This document shows, one piece after another, positions 8,983 to 16,066 of a stretch of 64,000 nucleotides of DNA. Source of the stretch: Pseudomonadota bacterium (GTDB lineage Bacteria; Pseudomonadota; Alphaproteobacteria; Sphingomonadales; SMXR01); contig JADFIA010000009.1 of the NCBI GenBank assembly GCA_022566895.1, positions 3,925 through 67,924 of the forward strand, given 5' to 3'. Within the stretch, counting starts at the first letter, position 1. Each line of letters starts with the position of its first letter. A program made the position numbers and the translations under genes. The notes under the pieces are model-generated. The model was not told the DNA's origin. It made no database searches and worked only from the letters and a program-made list of their open reading frames with translations.

Positions 8983-10407
8983 ATGGGTTCACGATTTAAA
9001 AATCGATGGCTGGTGATGGCCGCCGGTCTGGCAGCGGCCGCCATCGGCCTCGGTCCGCGCTTGGCGCTGGCCGATGTGTTTGACGGCGAGAAAGCCGGAC
9101 AGGGCGTCGTCCGCGTGATCTCGGGCGGCAGCTGGGGCACCGGCTTTATCATCAATGATCAGGGTTATGTGATCACCAACTGGCATGTGGTTTACGATCG
9201 CAGAAACGACAGGTATGTCACGAACCTTACGGTGATCCTGAACAATACTTCGCAAGCCATATCCGTAGAGCGGATCATGGCTTCTTCCGAAATGGATTTC
9301 GCCATCCTCAGGGCCGCCGGGAGCCTTGGACCACCGCCGGTTCCGCTGGCCACGCTGACCCCGAAGCCCGGCGGCGGAGTCTATCTGGTCGGTTATCCGG
9401 CTGTCGCCAAGGCCGCCGTGGGCAGCCCGAACGTGGCTAGCACTTCAAACGGCGTTTTGAGCCGTGTCATTCCCGGAAACTGGGGCCGAGGCGGCAACTT
9501 CCCGCTGATCCAGCATACTTCGGAGGCCAACCCCGGCAACAGCGGCGGTCCGCTGTTTGATGCCTGTGGCCGGGTTATCGGAATCCACACAGCGTCGCCT
9601 AAGGTGGGGGTGGTGGAGGGAAACAGGATTATTCCGGTGCCCAGAGGCGCCGGCATATTCTTTGCTTCCCAAATCACCAACGTCGTATCCGAACTTAAAA
9701 GCCGCGGCATTCCCTTCGACGAACGCAGCGATGTCTGCGCCCCGGCGCTCGGCGGCCAAGTCAAGGATCTTGAAGCCCGGGAAAAAGCTGAGCAGGCCAG
9801 GCTCGAGGCGGCCGAGGCAAAAGCCGAAGCCGCCAGAAGCCGCATCGAGACTGCAGCCGCAAAAGCGGCGGCCAGGCAAGCCGAGGAACAGGTTCGTTCG
9901 ATGGCCAACCAGCTGCTTATCTGGGCGCCGATTTTTGCCCTATTCATGGGCCTGACTTTTCTTCTGGCGCTGCGGAAGCCGCGCCAGGTAGTGATCCGGG
10001 CCGGCCGGGAATACAGCCAGCGTATCTCGCAACGGATTCATCGATCAACCCGGCGCAGTCGAGAGCGCACCAGAATAGCGATCGACCGGGGGCTGGTCAT
10101 GTCCGGGGTCGATCCCGAGGGTCACCCGGTACGGCTGGAGATCGGGGCCCACGAGCTGCGAACGCCGGGCGGATTGGTTATTGGTCGCAGCGCCGGGCTG
10201 GTGCAATGCGTCATCGATCGCCGCACCGTCTCGGGCGCCCACGCCAGGCTCAAGGTCGACGGCGGGCGAATCCTGATTGAAGATTTGAACTCCACCAATG
10301 GCACCTGGATCAACGGCCGCCCGCTGTCACCGCGCCATCCGTCCGAGATTCGACTGGGCGATCAGATTGCCTTCGGAAAGCTGAAGCTCAATGTCTCGCA
10401 GCTATAG
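8983..10407 (+). CDS. Signal peptide-trypsin-like serine protease-coiled coil-TM-FHA protein (paralog)
   Basis: Motifs TNWHV, MDFAIL, GNSGGPL. TM LIWAPIFALFMGLTFLLAL followed by RKPR. FHA motifs GR..VSGAH..DLNSTNGT. Confidence 0.9.
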   Translation: MGSRFKNRWLVMAAGLAAAAIGLGPRLALADVFDGEKAGQGVVRVISGGSWGTGFIINDQGYVITNWHVVYDRRNDRYVTNLTVILNNTSQAISVERIMASSEMDFAILRAAGSLGPPPVPLATLTPKPGGGVYLVGYPAVAKAAVGSPNVASTSNGVLSRVIPGNWGRGGNFPLIQHTSEANPGNSGGPLFDACGRVIGIHTASPKVGVVEGNRIIPVPRGAGIFFASQITNVVSELKSRGIPFDERSDVCAPALGGQVKDLEAREKAEQARLEAAEAKAEAARSRIETAAAKAAARQAEEQVRSMANQLLIWAPIFALFMGLTFLLALRKPRQVVIRAGREYSQRISQRIHRSTRRSRERTRIAIDRGLVMSGVDPEGHPVRLEIGAHELRTPGGLVIGRSAGLVQCVIDRRTVSGAHARLKVDGGRILIEDLNSTNGTWINGRPLSPRHPSEIRLGDQIAFGKLKLNVSQL

Positions 10408-10438
10408 ACTCTGACTGAAAACCGAGAGGGGAACGGTC

Positions 10439-11917
10439 TTGGAAAAATCAATCGACAAGAAAATCATCGAAAAAATTGCCGCAATGGGCCTTCTGGCGGC
10501 GCTCATGGTCATTGTTTGGGCTTGGCCTGCGCTCGCCCAGTCCTTCGACGCCGAGACCGCGGAAAATGGCATTGTGCGGATTGTGGTCTACGATGACCCG
10601 CAAAAGTGCTGCGCCATCGGCAGCGGTTTTGTGCTCAACGATCAGGGCTTTGTGGGCACCAACTGGCACGTTGTGGCCAGCCCCGACAGTGGCGGACCCT
10701 ATGCCAATGGCTTCGTTCTGGCCAGCGGCAGCACGCAGCAGTACCCATTCTCGGTGCTGTGGATGGACGCCGAACTGGATCTGGCGATCATTCGGGTCGG
10801 CTCGGGCTTCAACCGGCCGCAACTGCCGCTGACCGACCAGTTGCCCAAAAAGGGCGGCGATGTTTTCGCCCTCGGCTTCCCCGGTGGCGCCGACCCGCGG
10901 CTTGGCGGCCCGGCGGTCGATGCCACGGTCACGGCCGGGGTGCTCGGTCGCATCTACGAGGGCACGTGGAAGGGCACCGCCGCGTTTACGGTTTTGCAGC
11001 ACAGCGCTCATACCAATCCGGGCAACTCGGGCGGCCCGCTGTTTGACGCCTGCGGACGCGTAATCGGCGTCAATACCCAGGCGGCATTGATTCGGGTGGT
11101 GAAGGCGGACGGGAGTCTGGCCCGGGTGCCGCGGGCCACCGGAATCTTCTGGTCGTCGCAAATTACCGTCCTGATGCAGAAGATGCGGGAAAACAACGTC
11201 GCCTTCCAGCCGATCACCGCGGCTTGCCAGGTCGAAACGCTGGGCAAGGACGTCGAAGCGCGCCGGCAGGCCCAAGCAGCCCAACGGCGCTTGGTTGAGC
11301 AGCAACAGGCGATCGAGCGCACCGAAGGGGTGATCCGGCAAGTCAGGGAGCAGATCGAAGAGGTCGAAATTCGGGCCGGCAAGGCCGAAGCGCGGGCCGG
11401 TGAGGCCGAAGAGAAGGTACGCTCGATCACCACCCAGCTGATCATCTGGGGACCAATTTTTGCCATCCTGCTGATCGTCACTTTCGTCCTGGCGCTCAGG
11501 AAGCCGCGTCAGCAGGCCATCCGGGTGTACAAGGAATACAGCCAGCGCGTTTCGCGGCGCGTCAACCGCCCGACCGGCGACCAGGCGGCAGCGGATAGCG
11601 GCCTCAGCCTGGCCGGCTTTGACGCCTCCGGCGACCCGGTGCGCGTCTCGATCCTGGCGGCCGACATGAGTTCCGGTGACGGCGTGATCATCGGCCGCAG
11701 TTCCGAGCTGAGCCACATCGTGATCAGCGGCCAGGGGGTCTCCAGACGCCAGGCCCGCATCAGCATCGCCCGCGGCCGGATCCTGGTCGAGGATCTCAAT
11801 TCCACCAACGGCACGTTCCTCAACGGGCGCCGGTTGTCACCCTACAAGCCGGCGGAGATACGGCCCGGCGACCAGCTCGCCTTCGGCAAAACCGAGCTGT
11901 CGGTTAACAAGCTCTAG
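10439..11917 (+). CDS. Signal peptide-trypsin-like serine protease-coiled coil-TM-FHA protein (paralog)
   Basis: Motifs TNWHV, LDLAII, GNSGGPL. TM IIWGPIFAILLIVTFVLAL followed by RKPR. FHA motifs GR..VSRRQ..DLNSTNGT. TTG start after GAGGGG; exact start uncertain. Confidence 0.9.
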   Translation: MEKSIDKKIIEKIAAMGLLAALMVIVWAWPALAQSFDAETAENGIVRIVVYDDPQKCCAIGSGFVLNDQGFVGTNWHVVASPDSGGPYANGFVLASGSTQQYPFSVLWMDAELDLAIIRVGSGFNRPQLPLTDQLPKKGGDVFALGFPGGADPRLGGPAVDATVTAGVLGRIYEGTWKGTAAFTVLQHSAHTNPGNSGGPLFDACGRVIGVNTQAALIRVVKADGSLARVPRATGIFWSSQITVLMQKMRENNVAFQPITAACQVETLGKDVEARRQAQAAQRRLVEQQQAIERTEGVIRQVREQIEEVEIRAGKAEARAGEAEEKVRSITTQLIIWGPIFAILLIVTFVLALRKPRQQAIRVYKEYSQRVSRRVNRPTGDQAAADSGLSLAGFDASGDPVRVSILAADMSSGDGVIIGRSSELSHIVISGQGVSRRQARISIARGRILVEDLNSTNGTFLNGRRLSPYKPAEIRPGDQLAFGKTELSVNKL

Positions 11918-11973
11918 GCCGGCCGCCCAGCGACGGCCCTGGAGCGCCCAGAACAAGGTATCGGGAGCTGCGG

Positions 11974-12858
11974 ATGAAAAAGAGAAACCGCGAGATAAAT
12001 GTCTTTTCGATCTCGGCCCTCGATTTGTTCGCCTCGGCCCTCGGCGCCTTCATTTTGATCATGGTCGTCCTGATGCCCTATTTCCCGAACACCGGGGATT
12101 CGGCCGAGCGGGTGGCCGAGGTCGAGGCCGAACTGGAGAAATTGAAAGCCCAGGAAGCCCAAGCCAAGAAGATCACCGAAGCCCTGAAGGGGCGACTTGA
12201 GAATCTCGAAAAGGAGAAAAACGCGCTCAAAGGCCAGGTGGAAAAGGAAGGTCAGACCCTCCGCCAGATTCGCTTACCTCATATCGATCTGGTGGTGGCC
12301 CTCGATACGACCGGCAGCATGCGCGACGAGATCGAGGGCCTCAAGGCCGAGCTGGCGAGTCTGGCCCAGATCATGACGGCGCTGACGCCATCCTTCGGCA
12401 TGGGTGTGATCGGCTTTAAGGATCGCACCGATCGGCCGGTCATATCGTCGGTGCCTTTGCGCGAGATTCGCCGCAATTCGCCGGCCTTGCACAGCCTTCA
12501 GGCCTTTGTCAACACCCTCTCGGCCGGCAGCAATCCAGTCACGAACCTGGACAACCAGGAGGCCATCGGCACCGCCCTGCGCGAAGCCATTGCCATGAAC
12601 TGGCGGCCGCGCGCGAAGCTGCGGGTGATCGTTATTCTTTCTGACCACGCGGCCTATCCGGAAGAGATTGAGATGACCCTTCAAATGGCCCGCCGGTTCA
12701 GCGCCACCGAGGGTCAGAAAATCTCCGCCGTGATGATCCGCTCGGCCGCCGATGCGGTCCAATACATGCCGCGGCTGGCCAAGGCCGGAAAGGGCACCGT
12801 TGTTCTTGGCGGCGGTTCGATCACCGCAGCCATCCTGGAGGCGCTGTTAAAAAGCTGA
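11974..12858 (+). CDS. Membrane-anchored vWA-domain protein (N-terminal TM, coiled coil, vWA)
   Basis: Basic N-terminus, then SALDLFASALGAFILIMVVL. Coiled coil. MIDAS-like DLVVALDTTGSM; further vWA-like segments WRPRAKLRVIVILSD and LAKAGKG. Confidence 0.85.
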   Translation: MKKRNREINVFSISALDLFASALGAFILIMVVLMPYFPNTGDSAERVAEVEAELEKLKAQEAQAKKITEALKGRLENLEKEKNALKGQVEKEGQTLRQIRLPHIDLVVALDTTGSMRDEIEGLKAELASLAQIMTALTPSFGMGVIGFKDRTDRPVISSVPLREIRRNSPALHSLQAFVNTLSAGSNPVTNLDNQEAIGTALREAIAMNWRPRAKLRVIVILSDHAAYPEEIEMTLQMARRFSATEGQKISAVMIRSAADAVQYMPRLAKAGKGTVVLGGGSITAAILEALLKS

Positions 12859-12879
12859 GGAAGGAGGAGCAGTACCCAA

Positions 12880-13761
12880 ATGAAACGACGCAGCCGCGAA
12901 ATCAATATTTTCTCGATCTCGGCCCTCGATATATTCGCCTCGGCCTTGGGCGCCTTTATCCTGATCTCGGTTGTGCTTTTGCCCTATTTCCCCAACACCG
13001 GCGATTCCCCCATCCGCATCAGCGCCCTGTTGCCGAAGCTCAATGAAGCGCGGGCCGAGACCGAAAAACAAAAAACCGAACAGGAATCGCTGCGCGGCGG
13101 CATCAAGGTCAAGGAAGAGGAGATCGGCAAGCTCAAAGGCCAGCTCGAAGAGCTCAAAAAGGAAGCCAAGAAGATCAAATTCCCGCACATCGATCTGGTG
13201 GTGGCCGTGGATACGACCGGCAGCATGCGCCAGGAAATCGAGGGTCTGAAGGGCGAGCTCTCGCAGCTGGCCGAGATCCTGACCGCCCTGGCGCCGTCCT
13301 TCGCCATGAGCGTCATCGGCTTTAAGGACCGCAACGATACACCGGTCATCCGCTCGGTGCCCCTGCGCCTGATCGAGAAGGGCTCGCCGGCTTCGAGGCA
13401 GCTCCAGGCCTTCGTCGACAGCCTCACGGCCGGCGGTTCGCTCAAAAACAACGATCTTCCCGAGGCCGTTCTAAGTGCCCTGCAGGCCGCGGTGAACATG
13501 TCCTGGCGCCCGAATTCTGAGTTGCGTGTTATTGTCGTGATGACCGATCATGCGGCCTATCCGGAGGAGGTTGAGATGACCCTCCGGTTGGCCCGCCGGT
13601 TTGCCTCGCGTCCGGGTCAAAGGGTCTCGGCCGTAATGATCGGTGGGGCGCCCGACGCGGCCCAATATATGCCGCGGCTGGCCAAAGCCGGAAACGGCAA
13701 GCTGGTGCGCAGCGGCGGCTCGATCACCGCCACGATTATTGAGGCCTTGCTAAAGAGTTAA
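12880..13761 (+). CDS. Membrane-anchored vWA-domain protein (paralog)
   Basis: Anchor SALDIFASALGAFILISVVL; vWA motifs DLVVAVDTTGSM, DLPEA, WRPNSELRVIVVMTD. Confidence 0.85.
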   Translation: MKRRSREINIFSISALDIFASALGAFILISVVLLPYFPNTGDSPIRISALLPKLNEARAETEKQKTEQESLRGGIKVKEEEIGKLKGQLEELKKEAKKIKFPHIDLVVAVDTTGSMRQEIEGLKGELSQLAEILTALAPSFAMSVIGFKDRNDTPVIRSVPLRLIEKGSPASRQLQAFVDSLTAGGSLKNNDLPEAVLSALQAAVNMSWRPNSELRVIVVMTDHAAYPEEVEMTLRLARRFASRPGQRVSAVMIGGAPDAAQYMPRLAKAGNGKLVRSGGSITATIIEALLKS

Positions 13762-13826
13762 TCGACGGTAACGTCGCTGAATAACTACAGGCACCGGTGC
13801 TGTAGATTCTTTCTTTGGAGCGATTT

Positions 13827-14549
13827 ATGACTTTATTTGCGAAGGATGGCCTGCCAAGCGGGGCAAGTGAGCCAGAGGCATTGGACAAACTGAACGCCAT
13901 TTTCGAAGAGATACAAGGGCGCCAATTGGACCGAATTGAAATACACGATTCGCACAAGAGTGGACGCGTATCAAAGATGACGCTTTCGCTTTCTCAAGGC
14001 TATATCAGACGATGTGTTGAATTGGCAGAAGGTTCAGCGATTCTGTGTCAACAAAGTCACTGGTTGTCCGCAATTACCGTTGCCCGTTCCCTCCTCGAAA
14101 CTATAGCGGCATACAACGAAGTCGTTCGAAAGCTACGAAATCTTATTAGGGGTGGCGATATTGATGACATCTTTGAATTCATTTCGGCCGCTGGATTCGC
14201 GACGCGGTTACCGCACTTGATTGATGTTACTGGGGAACCTGCGGTTAAAGCCCCAAACGTATTATCTCAGATTGATAATCTCAATAAGACTGATGGAAAT
14301 TCTGCCCGTAACGACTACGATTATATTTGTGAATTCACCCACCCGAATAGCTTAGGAACACTCCTGTTTTTTGGTCGTTTCGACAAGAAAAGCGGAACGA
14401 TGCATTTTTGCAGTCAGGGCTGGGATCCTGAATCAGTTGGGATTTGGGTCGCCTGGGTGTGCTCCATGCTCTTGGTAACATTGGAAAACGACAAGACGAT
14501 AGAAAAGCTTGCTCAGCAAATATCGGATATGAATGGTCGGGGGAGCTAG
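13827..14549 (+). CDS. Hypothetical helical protein, possibly DUF5677/HEPN-like; AT-richer than its flanks
   Basis: ORF of about 240 aa with GGAG before ATG 13827. Motifs ARSLLE and YDYICEFTHPN resemble RxxxE and YxxxxxxxHP patterns. Family call is tentative. Confidence 0.6.
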   Translation: MTLFAKDGLPSGASEPEALDKLNAIFEEIQGRQLDRIEIHDSHKSGRVSKMTLSLSQGYIRRCVELAEGSAILCQQSHWLSAITVARSLLETIAAYNEVVRKLRNLIRGGDIDDIFEFISAAGFATRLPHLIDVTGEPAVKAPNVLSQIDNLNKTDGNSARNDYDYICEFTHPNSLGTLLFFGRFDKKSGTMHFCSQGWDPESVGIWVAWVCSMLLVTLENDKTIEKLAQQISDMNGRGS

Positions 14550-14553
14550 TGGA

Positions 14554-15090
14554 ATGGAACTGAGTACACTTATAATCGCCATCCTATCGATCGTCATTGC
14601 TTCGATTACTGCCGGCTGGACAATATATAGGGATGCCATCCGCAAACCAAAATTCAGAGTCTCCATATCAAAAAAAATAATCCAACAGGTGGGACTGGAT
14701 CCCATCGGGCCCGACATCTACTTAGAAGCACTAAATTTGGGCCCACTCCCAAATCGATTAGGCTGCACATTCTGCAGGGTTGGATGGTGGAGACGGCGCT
14801 TCTATCGGAAAGAAAATAGCGCGTTCCTGTATTCAGACCATGCTCATCCTGCGGCAACGGCTAGCGGGAAAAGAATCGACGTAGGTGATACCGGAATGAT
14901 TGTTTTCCCCTATAATCAAGACAGTTTCATAAAGGATCCACGTTGGAAACAAATTGGCATAACGGACGGCTATGGACGCCTTCACTGGGCGCCGCGAAGG
15001 CAACTAGGAGAGCTCCGCAAAAATTATTTGAAAGATTTTGGCGACCTAATGGGAGAGAACGATGACCGATCAACAAAAATCGAGACGTGA
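14554..15090 (+). CDS. Hypothetical protein with N-terminal membrane anchor; AT-richer than its flanks
   Basis: Hydrophobic N-terminus LIIAILSIVIASITAGW followed by a basic stretch. GGGAG RBS. Overlaps the start of the next gene. Confidence 0.65.
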   Translation: MELSTLIIAILSIVIASITAGWTIYRDAIRKPKFRVSISKKIIQQVGLDPIGPDIYLEALNLGPLPNRLGCTFCRVGWWRRRFYRKENSAFLYSDHAHPAATASGKRIDVGDTGMIVFPYNQDSFIKDPRWKQIGITDGYGRLHWAPRRQLGELRKNYLKDFGDLMGENDDRSTKIET

Positions 15091-15730
15091 ATTTCTCGGC
15101 TATGGTCTCGGCGCCGTGGCGGCCGGCGGCCTGATCGCCGGCGGTGCCCGGGCGGCAACCCACGAGGTGACCGCGCCGGTCGGCGAGGGCCCCTTCTACC
15201 CGATCCACAAACAGCAGGACCGGGATGCCGATCTGACCCGGTTCGACGGCCGCAAAGAGCGGGCGGCGGGCCAGTTGACCGTGGTCGAGGGCGTGGTAAT
15301 GGACGGCGACGGCAAGCCGCTCGCCGATGCGCTGGTGGATATTTGGCAAGCCAACGCGGCCGGACGCTATCACCACGAGCGGGATCCCAATCCGACGCCC
15401 CGCGACGTGAATTTTCAGGGCTGGGCGCAGGTGTTGACCGACCAGGACGGCAAATACAGCTTTTTGACAGTCAAGCCGGGTGCCTATCCGGCCGCTGCCA
15501 ACTGGACCCGGCCGCCGCATATCCATTTCAAGGTGGCCAAGCGCGGCTTCCACGAGCTGACAACCCAAATGTTCTTTGACGGCGAGCCGCTGAACGATAC
15601 CGATCAGCTGTTTCTGGCGCTGTCGGAGGACCAACGCAAAAGCGTCGTTGCCGTTTTGGGCAAGGAGATTACCAAGGACGGCGAGGAGGCGCTCCACTGT
15701 GGCTTCGATATCGTCCTAAAGCCGGCGTGA
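15062..15730 (+). CDS. Tat-exported intradiol ring-cleavage dioxygenase-like protein (protocatechuate 3,4-dioxygenase family)
   Basis: SRREFL Tat motif. EGPFYP, VDIWQANAAGRY, PGAYP and RPPHIHF carry the Tyr/Tyr/His/His iron ligands. Confidence 0.85.
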   Translation: MTDQQKSRREFLGYGLGAVAAGGLIAGGARAATHEVTAPVGEGPFYPIHKQQDRDADLTRFDGRKERAAGQLTVVEGVVMDGDGKPLADALVDIWQANAAGRYHHERDPNPTPRDVNFQGWAQVLTDQDGKYSFLTVKPGAYPAAANWTRPPHIHFKVAKRGFHELTTQMFFDGEPLNDTDQLFLALSEDQRKSVVAVLGKEITKDGEEALHCGFDIVLKPA

Positions 15731-16066
15731 GACACTAGGATCGTCGATCGAGCCCCTGCTCACCGCCCTGGTCCGAACGGCCTCATTATAATGCGGCCTA
15801 GCCGCAAGATGGCCCGGGGGGGTCGGTCTTCCTGGCCCTCCTGTTCAGCCTTGCCGGGGCCTATATTCCTCTCGGCGCGCCGTGGTTTCCTTGGCCCAAC
15901 GAGCGGGCGGAATAGGGCGGCGCCGGGTGAAGCGACCGGTCGAGCCGAAAAAGTCGCCAAAAATTGAATGGCCAAGCGGTGCCCTATCATTCACAGTCTG
16001 TTCAGCTTTGATGTGCAAAACTCCAGGGCGTAATCGCAAAAGCGGTTGCGGAAGCGGGGATTCGTG

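Noticed and set aside
5989-11917. HtrA/DegP/DegS proteases
   Set aside because: No PDZ domains; they have a C-terminal TM and FHA instead.
455-13761. Type VI secretion cluster (PpkA/Fha)
   Set aside because: No tss, hcp, vgrG or clpV genes in the window, and the FHA domains are fused to proteases. Sequence upstream of the window cannot be assessed.
15731-16045. Small gene or ncRNA in the intergenic region
   Set aside because: Short ORFs lack an RBS or motifs and no RNA family was recognised; probably the S8 promoter region.
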